29,881 nucleotides of DNA, taken from Candidatus Jidaibacter sp. Its GTDB lineage: Bacteria > Pseudomonadota > Alphaproteobacteria > Rickettsiales > Midichloriaceae. The notes under the pieces were generated by a model, which saw only the letters and a program-made list of their open reading frames with translations, made no database searches and had not been told where the DNA came from. The position numbers were made by a program, and so were the translations under genes. The stretch covers positions 1 through 29,881 of the forward strand of contig JAJTHY010000107.1 of NCBI GenBank assembly GCA_021298045.1, given 5' to 3'. This document shows positions 9,060 to 17,392 of the stretch, in pieces; the first letter of the stretch is position 1, and every line of letters begins with the position of its first letter.

Positions 9060-10001
9060 ATGAAATTAACAAAAGTAGTAAAGCGAATTTTAGAAAATTA
9101 TAGCTCTGAAAATCCCGGTGTTCTTTCAAAAATAGCGCAAATTCTTATGAACGGCAAACTTTCGGGAAGCGGTAAAATGCTTATTTTGCCAGTAGACCAA
9201 GGTTTTGAACATGGCCCTGCTAGAAGTTTTGCTCCCAACCCGGCTGCATATGACCCACTTTATCATTATGAATTAGCTATAGAAGCTGGGCTAAACGCCT
9301 ATGCCGCTCCGCTTGGAATGTTAGAATTAGGTGCGGATAAATTTGCTGGTTGCATACCTACTATTTTAAAAATCAATAGTGCCAATTCATTGGTGACAGC
9401 TGGCAAAGCTCCAGATCAAGCTATTACAGCTTCTATAAAAGATGCATTGCGCTTAGGTTGTGCCGCAGTTGGTTTCACCATCTATCCTGGCTCTGATAGA
9501 AATTATGAGATGCTTGAAGAAGTTAGAGAGATGATATCCGAAGCTAAGTCTTACGGGCTTGCAACCGTTGTTTGGTCTTACCCCAGAGGCGGAGAGTTAA
9601 GCAAAAATGGAGAAAACGCCCTTGATGTTATAGCATATGCTGCACATATGGCGGCCTTGATGGGAGCTAATATCATCAAAGTCAAGCCTCCAATAGATGC
9701 TTTAGAAGTAGAAGCTGCAGCAAAAGTATATGAAGCAAATAAAGTTGCACGCACGTCTCTATCAGAAAGAATCGCGCATATTATGCAAGCGAGCTTCGAT
9801 GGCAGACGCCTGGTAGTGTTTTCTGGTGGCGCAGGCAAATCCGAAGGAGATCTCTTTGATGAAGTGAAAGCGATTAGAGATGGCGGGGGTAATGGATCAA
9901 TAATAGGCAGAAACACCTTCCAGCGCCCCAGAGGAGAAGCTCTTAAATTGCTTGAACAGGTGATAGATATATATCGCGGCCGCGATAAAAGCTCTGTGTA
10001 A
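9060..10001 (+). CDS. fbaB: Class I fructose-bisphosphate aldolase (DhnA/FbaB type)
   Basis: LPVDQGFEHGP, GFTIYPGS, WSYPRG, GANIIKVK (Schiff-base Lys) and GSIIGRN.FQR. Confidence 0.95.
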   Translation: MKLTKVVKRILENYSSENPGVLSKIAQILMNGKLSGSGKMLILPVDQGFEHGPARSFAPNPAAYDPLYHYELAIEAGLNAYAAPLGMLELGADKFAGCIPTILKINSANSLVTAGKAPDQAITASIKDALRLGCAAVGFTIYPGSDRNYEMLEEVREMISEAKSYGLATVVWSYPRGGELSKNGENALDVIAYAAHMAALMGANIIKVKPPIDALEVEAAAKVYEANKVARTSLSERIAHIMQASFDGRRLVVFSGGAGKSEGDLFDEVKAIRDGGGNGSIIGRNTFQRPRGEALKLLEQVIDIYRGRDKSSV

Positions 10002-10013
10002 ATGGATTAACCC

Positions 10014-10739
10014 ATGAAGAAAATTCTTACCTTATGTATCATATTTGCATTCGTGCTTTTATTTTTTACGTCAGCATATGCGCATCAGCTTCAGGAAGGG
10101 CATTATGTAAGTAATGGCGGATGGGATGAACTGTTAATTAAAGATGGAGAGGCTTTAGGCACTGGAATAAAGGTATTTGATATAGAGGTCGTAGGAGTAA
10201 ATGCTCATAGATGCTCATTGAGTGGTAAGATACTCCCAACGGGAGCTGTTCAAGTAGATGATGATGAAGCTGGCACTTGTATAATTCAGTTCAAACCTGA
10301 TGAAAACGGCATTGAGATTGTAGGAGAAGAATCTGGGACTTCATGTAGGAATTTTTGCGGCAGCAGAGCATATTTTACCGGTTACTATAACCGCATAAAA
10401 AACATATGCAAACCCGCTGAAGTTTTTAGCGCTATCCTTGCCTATGAAGATAGTTACAAAGCAGATGAAATGAAGGTTGTGCATGAACATATTGAGCCAA
10501 TACTTCAAACCTGCAGCAAGACTATCCGCAGAGAAGATGAAGCAAAACTAAGAGAAATGATGGCGCTCGCCAATTATCATGCGGGCAATAAAGCTGGGTG
10601 TAGGGCGGCTTTGGCGCCTTACAAAGAAATACTAACTAATAGAAAAAATGAAGACTTTTCACATGCACCTTCGGATAATTTTACCTGGCGTGCCATAGCT
10701 AAAAGAATTCGGGATACCTCAGATCTTTGCGGAGAGTAG
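10014..10739 (+). CDS. Exported hypothetical protein with eight Cys in the mature region
   Basis: 241-aa ORF with a Sec signal peptide (MKK, hydrophobic core, AYA). Beta-rich N half and helical C half by eye. No function recognised. Confidence 0.75.
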   Translation: MKKILTLCIIFAFVLLFFTSAYAHQLQEGHYVSNGGWDELLIKDGEALGTGIKVFDIEVVGVNAHRCSLSGKILPTGAVQVDDDEAGTCIIQFKPDENGIEIVGEESGTSCRNFCGSRAYFTGYYNRIKNICKPAEVFSAILAYEDSYKADEMKVVHEHIEPILQTCSKTIRREDEAKLREMMALANYHAGNKAGCRAALAPYKEILTNRKNEDFSHAPSDNFTWRAIAKRIRDTSDLCGE

Positions 10740-10767
10740 GAAATAATATTCTTTTTTCATAAAGTAT

Positions 10768-10796
10768 TTGACAGAGTGCGCATAAAATGGTTTGAT
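10768..10796 (+). promoter_or_regulatory. Possible sigma70 promoter upstream of rho
   Basis: Perfect TTGACA at 10768-10773, a 17-nt spacer and a weak -10 TTTGAT. A strong SD (TAAGGAG, 10883-10889) precedes the ATG at 10892. Confidence 0.3.
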
Positions 10797-10891
10797 GTCA
10801 GGCATGTAAGCTTTGTAGCCTATTGGTTACCAGCATCTTCCCTAATGAAATTCCCATATTTTTCAAAACACATTTTAAACAGTAAGGAGTT

Positions 10892-12478
10892 ATGACTACT
10901 TTAAACGAAACAAGTACAGAGAATACCGTTGTTGATAAAGCACAGCCTTCATCTATCAACCTCAAACCAAAATCTAAGCTAACATTGAAAAAAGTAGAAG
11001 TTAGTCAACCTGAATCAACAGAAGCCCCCACAGAAGATAATTCAACCCAAGAAAAAGAGAATGCAGTTATTCGTCAGGCGAGCAATTCTAGATCTAGAGC
11101 TCACTCCACAAGGCGTTCAAGACCTGAGCCTAGTAATCAGGAGAATTTAGAACTAGAGGTAATTAAAGAAGAGCCATCAGCAAATCATGAAGCCAGCATG
11201 GCCGAAGAATCTGAGATTACATTTAATCTAAGGGATTTAAAAAAGAAAAGCCCAGAAGACCTAATCGCTCTTGCTGAATCGCTTGGCGTAGAAAATCCAA
11301 ATAATTTTCCCAAGCATGACTTGGTATTTATCATTTTGAAACACTTGGCTGAAAAAGGCGGTGTAATGATAGGTGAAGGCGTACTTGAAGTAATGACTGA
11401 TGGATACGGTTTTTTAAGATCTTCAGAAGCAAACTACACACCTGGTCTTGATGATATTTACGTTTCTCCAAATCAGGTTCGCAGAATGGGACTTCGCACT
11501 GGCGACGCTCTTTCTGGCCCCGTGCGCGCTCCTAAAAAAGGTGAGAGATATTTTGCACTTATTAAAATCAACACCGTAAATGGCAGAGATCCTTCTTACA
11601 TAAGGCACCGCGTACATTTTGAAGATTTAACACCACTTTATCCCAACACGCGACTTAGGCTTGAAACTCCTGATCATGCTAATTTGAGCCAAAGAGTTAT
11701 TGATATTGTGACCCCTATAGGTAAAGGGCAAAGAGCATTGATTGTTGCGCCGCCAAGAACTGGTAAAACAATGTTGCTACAAAACATCGCGCATTCAATA
11801 ACCACTAATAATCCAGATGTTAAATTGATTGTTCTCTTAATTGATGAACGCCCAGAGGAGGTGACTGATATGGCGCGCTCTGTTCGTGGAGAAGTGGTTA
11901 GCTCAACTTTTGATGAGCCTTCTACCAGGCACGTTCAATTAGCAGAAATGGTTATTGAGAAAGCGAAGCGCTTGGTTGAGATGAAACATGATGTTGTAAT
12001 TTTATTAGATTCTATAACCAGGCTTGCGCGCGCTTATAACAATGTAGTCCCTTCATCTGGCAAAGTTCTTTCAGGTGGGGTGGATTCTAACGCACTCCAA
12101 CGCCCTAAACGTTTCTTTGGTGCAGCTCGTAATATTGAGGAAGGCGGATCTCTTACCATTATCGCAACAGCCCTTATCGAAACCGGTTCACGTATGGATG
12201 AAGTGATATTTGAAGAGTTTAAAGGTACTGGTAACTCTGAAATTATCCTGGATCGCAAAGTAGCAGATAAACGCGTATTCCCTGCACTTGATGTTGCTAA
12301 ATCCGGAACTCGTAAGGAAGATTTGTTAGTTGATAAAGCAACGCTTACCAAGATGTGGGTTCTTAGAAGAATTATCAACCCTATGGGTACGGTGGATGCT
12401 ATTGAGTTCTTGATGGATAAAATGCATGATACTAAATCTAATGAAGCGTTTTTTGCTAAGATGATCTCTAACAATTGA
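10892..12478 (+). CDS. rho: Transcription termination factor Rho with long N-terminal extension
   Basis: DGYGFLRS (RNP1-like), [10 protein letters not shown] (Walker A), [25 protein letters not shown] and FEEFKGTGN. The canonical Rho start aligns at residue ~111. Confidence 0.99.
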   Translation: MTTLNETSTENTVVDKAQPSSINLKPKSKLTLKKVEVSQPESTEAPTEDNSTQEKENAVIRQASNSRSRAHSTRRSRPEPSNQENLELEVIKEEPSANHEASMAEESEITFNLRDLKKKSPEDLIALAESLGVENPNNFPKHDLVFIILKHLAEKGGVMIGEGVLEVMTDGYGFLRSSEANYTPGLDDIYVSPNQVRRMGLRTGDALSGPVRAPKKGERYFALIKINTVNGRDPSYIRHRVHFEDLTPLYPNTRLRLETPDHANLSQRVIDIVTPIGKGQRALIVAPPRTGKTMLLQNIAHSITTNNPDVKLIVLLIDERPEEVTDMARSVRGEVVSSTFDEPSTRHVQLAEMVIEKAKRLVEMKHDVVILLDSITRLARAYNNVVPSSGKVLSGGVDSNALQRPKRFFGAARNIEEGGSLTIIATALIETGSRMDEVIFEEFKGTGNSEIILDRKVADKRVFPALDVAKSGTRKEDLLVDKATLTKMWVLRRIINPMGTVDAIEFLMDKMHDTKSNEAFFAKMISNN

Positions 12479-12539
12479 TAATGGTATAGTAGGGCTTTTT
12501 GTATAGGGTCTTTGCAAAACAAAAATTTACTATTCCCCT

Positions 12540-12627
12540 CGTCATCGCGAGCGTTAGCGAAGCGATCCAGGCCTTCTTTCTTCTTAGCTCTTCTGGATTG
12601 CCACGTCGTTACACTCCTCGCAATGAC
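12540..12627. repeat. REP/RPE-like palindromic element (CGTCAT...ATGAC)
   Basis: Outer arms GTCATCGCGAG (12541-) and CTCGCAATGAC (-12627) pair with one mismatch. Inner arms are ATCCAG (12565-12570) and CTGGAT (12593-12598). The right half read on the minus strand is GTCATTGCGAGGAGTGTAACGACGTGGCAATCCAG, a repeat type familiar from Rickettsiales and other alphaproteobacteria. Confidence 0.85.
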
Positions 12628-12669
12628 TGGAAGGTATGGGGAATATCATTTATATCGGAGCGGTAGTAG

Positions 12670-13470
12670 ATGTTTATCAAAGCCCCAGCAAAGATAAATT
12701 TATTTTTGAACATAATTGGCAAGCGTGCAGATGGATATCACCTCTTGGAGAGTTTATTTGCACCGCTTAATTTAGCTGATGAAATAACCATTGAGCCCAG
12801 CTCTCGGATAGAAGTTGAAATTCCTGGGCTCGATTGTGTAAACAATACCGCGAAAAAAGCAGCTGGGCTGCTAAAAGATTTTTACCAGGTGGCAAAAGGA
12901 GCCCGTATTACGATTCATAAAAAAATACCAATTGGTGCTGGCCTTGGTGGCAGTTCTGCTGATGCTGGAGCGTTACTTAAGGCGCTACCAAAATTTTGGA
13001 GTATTGCAGCAGAAGAGGAGGATTTAAGAGAATTAGCGCTTAAAATTGGGGCCGACGTTCCCTATTTTTTATCCCCTGTCCCAGCTATGGTTACTGGAAT
13101 AGGCGAAGTTATACAGCCCATTAAATTGGGGCAATTCCTACATATAGTTATTATATATCCTGGCTTTGAGCTTTCGGCAAAAGAAGTTTATGCTGTGGGG
13201 GAATTTACTTTTTCAAGCCCTATAGATACGCTTAATTCAGAAAATGTATTTTTTGGAAAAAATGACTTACAGGCCAGTGCAATCAAGATCAAACCCCAGA
13301 TTGAGCAGTTAATAGCCGAGCTCAAAAGTAGTGATGGATGCATTAGCGCCAAAATGTCTGGAAGCGGCTCTGCTTGTTTTGGAATTTTTGAAACAGAGCA
13401 ACTAGCCATAAAAGCTAAAAATGCTTTTTCTGAACGTTATTTTAGCTATTATGAATATCTTAGTATTTAA
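12670..13470 (+). CDS. ispE: 4-diphosphocytidyl-2-C-methyl-D-erythritol kinase
   Basis: APAKINLFL, GYHLLESLF, KKIPIGAGLGGSSADA (GHMP loop), IGADVP and MSGSGSACF. Confidence 0.96.
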   Translation: MFIKAPAKINLFLNIIGKRADGYHLLESLFAPLNLADEITIEPSSRIEVEIPGLDCVNNTAKKAAGLLKDFYQVAKGARITIHKKIPIGAGLGGSSADAGALLKALPKFWSIAAEEEDLRELALKIGADVPYFLSPVPAMVTGIGEVIQPIKLGQFLHIVIIYPGFELSAKEVYAVGEFTFSSPIDTLNSENVFFGKNDLQASAIKIKPQIEQLIAELKSSDGCISAKMSGSGSACFGIFETEQLAIKAKNAFSERYFSYYEYLSI

Positions 13471-13484
13471 GGTTTGCGAGCAAT

Positions 13485-14627
13485 ATGAATTTATATATAA
13501 ATGAAGCGGATCAAAGGCTTGTTTCATCCCTGCCGACTTTGGAAAAAACGCGTGATGCTATAGGTATATATTTTTCTCTTTCCAAGTTAGAGCGCGCAAC
13601 CTCTAGCGAACACTTATCAATTGTTATAAATGTACTAAGGGATCAATTTAAGAGCTCAATTGGCGATATATATTCTTTTAAAAACAAAGATGTTCTAATT
13701 GTGTATCGCGGTCGTAATGAGAGATTGATTCAAGACTGCTTATACCAAGTACAATATTTATTCTCAGACGACAGTGCGCAATTAACTTTAGCCGAAGATT
13801 TTTTAGATCGACACTCGCAAGTTTTTTATCCCAAAGACTGGGCAAAATTTTTAAATATTTGTCAGAATTTGATATTGGCTAATGCTGCAAATCAAAATTC
13901 CAAAAGCTTCAAAGGATCAATAATTTCTTTATTTAGCTCAATCATAGAAGACTTATTGGCACCAGTGGAATGGGATGTTTTGATGAAAGCTAGCCCAATA
14001 TTCAAGCATATCCCAGGAAAGGAGCCGGCTAAAGTATTCGATGAAATTTATGCTGATGTAGATGGCATGGCATACGTTATTGGGGAAAATTTTGATATCA
14101 GCAACAATGTTTATTTAAACGCTTACTTTAAGGAATTTTTGGATTTAAAGCTGCTGGTAAAACTTATTGAGCTGTTAAGCAAAAAACGTGGCACAACCCC
14201 ATATATGCTAAATTTGAATATAACAACTATTGCTAGCCAGGAATTTTGGGTTTTAGCAGAATCTTTGCCAGATTCGATTAAGCAGCGTATCATCCTTGCA
14301 GTTTCTATAACTGATGTATTTAGAGATTTGGGATATTTTTTAGAGCTGCGTGAAAAACTAAGTGAGCATGGGTTTAAGTTATGTTTAGACGACTTGGATT
14401 ATCTATCTTTTATGCAGATAGATAGGAGTGCATTAGGCTTTGATTTGGTGCGCATAAAGCACAAACCTTCACTAGGTGCCATATATGCTTCTGAACTAGG
14501 TAATGAGTTATCAGCGAAGATAGCAGTATCCGGCAGCAGTAGGGTTATATTAGAGATAGAAAATAAAAATGCTGTAAATGATGCCAGAAAACTCGGTGCG
14601 TTATTGATTCAATCCGCAGAGTTCTGA
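13485..14627 (+). CDS. Degenerate EAL-domain protein with an uncharacterised N-terminal region
   Basis: The C-terminal ~240 aa follow the EAL barrel order (SPIF...EIY, LNLN, GFKLCLDD, GFDLVRI, IQ) but several catalytic positions are substituted. Confidence 0.7.
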   Translation: MNLYINEADQRLVSSLPTLEKTRDAIGIYFSLSKLERATSSEHLSIVINVLRDQFKSSIGDIYSFKNKDVLIVYRGRNERLIQDCLYQVQYLFSDDSAQLTLAEDFLDRHSQVFYPKDWAKFLNICQNLILANAANQNSKSFKGSIISLFSSIIEDLLAPVEWDVLMKASPIFKHIPGKEPAKVFDEIYADVDGMAYVIGENFDISNNVYLNAYFKEFLDLKLLVKLIELLSKKRGTTPYMLNLNITTIASQEFWVLAESLPDSIKQRIILAVSITDVFRDLGYFLELREKLSEHGFKLCLDDLDYLSFMQIDRSALGFDLVRIKHKPSLGAIYASELGNELSAKIAVSGSSRVILEIENKNAVNDARKLGALLIQSAEF

Positions 14628-14658
14628 AGGAAAGATATGCGGGTGCTATGCGCCCAAC

Positions 14659-14813
14659 TATAGCTAATCCCTTATAAAATGGCTATGAAAAATACAATAG
14701 ATCTCCACCTCTTAATCATCCTCGCTATTGCTTGGGATCTTAAGATTCCGCAACAAGTGCGGAATGACAATTAAAGCAAAAACTGTGCCTTTTTTGTAGT
14801 TGAATCGGCTATA
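14659..14813. mobile_element. MITE-like element A, copy 1 (TATAGC...GCTATA)
   Basis: Positions 14659-14799 match 29741-29881 at 136/141 nt with no gaps, and homology starts exactly at TATAGC. The left end matches the left end of element B at 29/33 nt. The right end ...TCGGCTATA is only a degenerate inverted copy. No transposase. Confidence 0.75.
14715..14768. repeat. REP-like palindromic doublet nested inside element A
   Basis: (A/G)TCATCCTCG...GGGATCT-TA-AGATTCCGCAACAAGTGCGGAATGAC: two GTCAT-headed hairpin units placed head to head, including the stem CCGCA-ACAAG-TGCGG. Confidence 0.7.
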
Positions 14814-14814
14814 A

Positions 14815-14976
14815 TATAGCCAAGCCGTTATAAAATGACTATGAAAATCAAGGATTTTTCCATAAATTTTCGCCTATTTTCCAGATGGAATATTGATATA
14901 TTTCAAGGGCAAATAGGTGAAAATTTATTAAAAAGACGAAGCATTAGCATGGCCATTTTATAACGGTTTGGCTATA
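14815..14976. mobile_element. MITE-like element B with 29-bp terminal inverted repeats
   Basis: Left TATAGCCAAGCCGTTATAAAATGACTATG (14815-14843) versus the reverse complement of 14948-14976, TATAGCCAAACCGTTATAAAATGGCCATG, match at 26/29. TA at both termini. Internal inverted repeat 14862-14879 / 14911-14928 matches at 17/18. Confidence 0.85.
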
Positions 14977-14993
14977 AGTGTGGGGTACTATGA

Positions 14994-15728
14994 CTACATA
15001 TACATCCCGCCGTTTACATCTATAACAGCTCCAGTTATGTATCTAGCCTCATTAGATGCGAGGAACACAGCTGTTGCTGCTATATCAGCTGGCTCGCCAA
15101 AGGAACCAACGGGTATTTTGGTTTTGATCTTCTCTTTTATTTCTTCCTTAATTACATCTGTCATAGGGGAAACTATAAACCCTGGTGCAATGCAATTTGC
15201 CGTAACCCCGCGTGACGCTCCTTCCAGAGCCACTGATTTCATCATCCCTATTAACCCTGCTTTTGATGCTGCATAATTGGTTTGGCCAAAATTGCCAGAT
15301 CTCCCTACAACTGAAGAAATACCTATAATCCTGCCCGACCTACGCTTGCTCATTGCCTTTAGCGCTTCACGGCTTAAGATAAATGCTGATTTTAGATTTA
15401 CGTTAATCACGTCCTCAAACTCTTCATCACTCATGCGGATCATTAAGTTGTCTCTCGTGATCCCTGCATTGCATACTAATACATCAACTTGCCCAGTAAT
15501 GTTTTCGGCTTTTGCAAATAACTCTTTGGTTGCAACAGCATCTTTCAAATTAGATGGAATGACATGAACGCGGTCTTTAAGCTCTGCTGCCAGCTCATCC
15601 AGCAATTGAACGCGTGTTCCAGAGATTACAACTGTTGCACCTTGAGCATGCATTTTGGTCGCAATCATATGCCCTATGCCACCGGTAGCGCCGGTTATTA
15701 GAGCCACTTTACCACTTAAGTCAAACAT
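14994..15728 (-). CDS. fabG: 3-oxoacyl-ACP reductase
   Basis: ALITGATGGIG, NAGITRD, YAASK, NCIAPGFI and VNGGMYM. Confidence 0.97.
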   Translation of the reverse strand: MFDLSGKVALITGATGGIGHMIATKMHAQGATVVISGTRVQLLDELAAELKDRVHVIPSNLKDAVATKELFAKAENITGQVDVLVCNAGITRDNLMIRMSDEEFEDVINVNLKSAFILSREALKAMSKRRSGRIIGISSVVGRSGNFGQTNYAASKAGLIGMMKSVALEGASRGVTANCIAPGFIVSPMTDVIKEEIKEKIKTKIPVGSFGEPADIAATAVFLASNEARYITGAVIDVNGGMYM

Positions 15729-15742
15729 CTATCCTCGCACGA

Positions 15743-16684
15743 TTATAATTGTGATAAGAAACTTTCTACATCATCTGGGCCCGATATGCTAGTCGAAATC
15801 GCATTAGGACACATGCGTTTACAAATTCCGGAAAGCACACTGCCGGGCCCTATTTCTACATATCTATCAACAGAGTGAGAGTCTAAATACTCAATGGTTT
15901 CGCGCCAACGCACTCTACTCACTATTTGTTCAACTAAGCTCTCAATTATATCGCTTTCTTCATGCACTAACTTAAGGTTATAGTTAGCAATTAATTTTAT
16001 TTTTGGTTCAGAAATATTTATTGTTGCCATCGCTGCCTTAACTTTTATGGATGCCAGTTGCATCAATGAGCTATGAAATGCTCCGCTCACCTTAAGTTTT
16101 ATCGCGCGTCTAAAGCCAAAATCAATTGCTGCACTTTCTGCCCAGCTTAAGGCTTCGATATCCCCACTTATAACTATCTGCCCAGCACCATTATCATTAG
16201 CGATTTCGCATATTCCATGTTCAGCAGCAGCTGCCACCAAACTCTCTGCTTCCTCAATACCAGCACCAATTAGCGCCATCATCCCAGAATGCATTTTACT
16301 TGCAACTTCGCTCATTGAATTGCTTCTAATTTTGAGAATTTGAGTTGCCTCTGCAAGACTAAAAGTTTCAGCAGCAACATGCGCACTGTATTCTCCTAAT
16401 GAATGACCGCATACATACTCGCACAACTCTTTCGCCTTTTTCCCACTTTGCTTTTCCAATGCACGTAAAGCTGCGATTGAAACCGCCATTATTGCAGGTT
16501 GCGCATTTTGGGTTTGAGTGAGCTCATCTAATTCACCAGTGAATATAAGCTTTGAAAGACTGAAGCTCAGTACATCGTCAACTTCTTGAAATACTTCTTT
16601 AGATTCAGCAAAGGTATCATAAAGTTCCTTTCCCATACCTATAAATTGAGATCCTTGCCCTGGGAAAATTAAAGCTGTAGCCAT
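15743..16684 (-). CDS. fabD: Malonyl-CoA:ACP transacylase
   Basis: FPGQGSQ, TQNAQPA, GHSLGEY and SGAFHS; directly upstream of fabG. Confidence 0.98.
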   Translation of the reverse strand: MATALIFPGQGSQFIGMGKELYDTFAESKEVFQEVDDVLSFSLSKLIFTGELDELTQTQNAQPAIMAVSIAALRALEKQSGKKAKELCEYVCGHSLGEYSAHVAAETFSLAEATQILKIRSNSMSEVASKMHSGMMALIGAGIEEAESLVAAAAEHGICEIANDNGAGQIVISGDIEALSWAESAAIDFGFRRAIKLKVSGAFHSSLMQLASIKVKAAMATINISEPKIKLIANYNLKLVHEESDIIESLVEQIVSRVRWRETIEYLDSHSVDRYVEIGPGSVLSGICKRMCPNAISTSISGPDDVESFLSQL

Positions 16685-16777
16685 ATATTCATTCCTTTTA
16701 TTTTTTTATTGCACTTCCTGACTGCGTGTTCGGAAGGTTATAATCGCGCCAAGTTTCAAAACAAGGAGTACCATAAC

Positions 16778-17104
16778 ATGCAAACTTCAAATTATCAAAT
16801 TCAACTATTATCCCAAAATCAAGCAATGAAAGAATATACAATAAACCATGCTCTTAACAAAGTTAGCTGGCTTTTAAATAGAGCAGTTATTGATTTTATC
16901 TGCGAATTGCCGGAACAAAAATCGGAAGGCGATATGTATATTATTGCAGCTTCAACTCAGACATTTGTTGAGATGAAAAACAAAATGTTTATTTATTTAG
17001 ATGGTGATTGGCAAATAATTGATCCCGGTGAAAGAGCACTCTTTTATGTAAGTGGTAAAAAAGCTTTTTATGTGTTTGTAGGCGGAGAATGGAAGGGGAT
17101 TTAA
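16778..17104 (+). CDS. Stand-alone DUF2793-family protein (phage/GTA tail-fibre N-terminal type)
   Basis: 108 aa from ATG 16778 (SD AAGGAG at 16763-16768). The pattern L..NQA.KE.T.N.AL.....L ... P.....GD.YI.A ... W....P......V......F.GG.W matches DUF2793 as I know it. Confidence 0.75.
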   Translation: MQTSNYQIQLLSQNQAMKEYTINHALNKVSWLLNRAVIDFICELPEQKSEGDMYIIAASTQTFVEMKNKMFIYLDGDWQIIDPGERALFYVSGKKAFYVFVGGEWKGI

Positions 17105-17114
17105 TGGTATATAA

Positions 17115-17381
17115 CTACCGGACGTTTGCTATCATCTGCATTATCTCCTCGGTAAAAACCAACATGTTGGAGCCAATGAAATTTAACGCAAGCAAAAAGG
17201 TAAAAAAAATAGCAATAATTTTGGGAACAAAGGAAAGTGTGGGTTCCTGGATTTGTGTGAGGGCTTGAAATAAAGATATAGCAAGCCCTACGAAAAGCGC
17301 CACCAACAAAATTGGTAGGGATATTTTTATTAATAGGTATATAGCATGCCTCGATATATCAACAACAGCGAGTGAGTCCAT
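17115..17381 (-). CDS. fliQ: Flagellar export apparatus protein FliQ
   Basis: 88 aa, two TM helices, VGL.ISLFQALTQIQEPTLSFVPKI signature. Confidence 0.96.
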   Translation of the reverse strand: MDSLAVVDISRHAIYLLIKISLPILLVALFVGLAISLFQALTQIQEPTLSFVPKIIAIFFTFLLALNFIGSNMLVFTEEIMQMIANVR

Positions 17382-17392
17382 CTCAGATACCC

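Noticed and set aside
12512-12697. 61-aa ORF between rho and ispE
   Set aside because: TTG start with no SD. Its core (LDCHVVTLLAMT) is simply the translation of the palindromic repeat, and it overlaps the ispE start out of frame.
14641-14655. Hairpin GGGTGC-TAT-GCGCCC after the EAL gene as an intrinsic terminator
   Set aside because: Short stem, 3-nt loop and no U-tract; any tail may have been displaced by the MITE, so it cannot be supported.
14659-14976. Repeated ~30-bp motif as a CRISPR array
   Set aside because: Only three local copies, one inverted, spaced more than 100 bp apart, with no cas genes; the pattern fits terminal inverted repeats.
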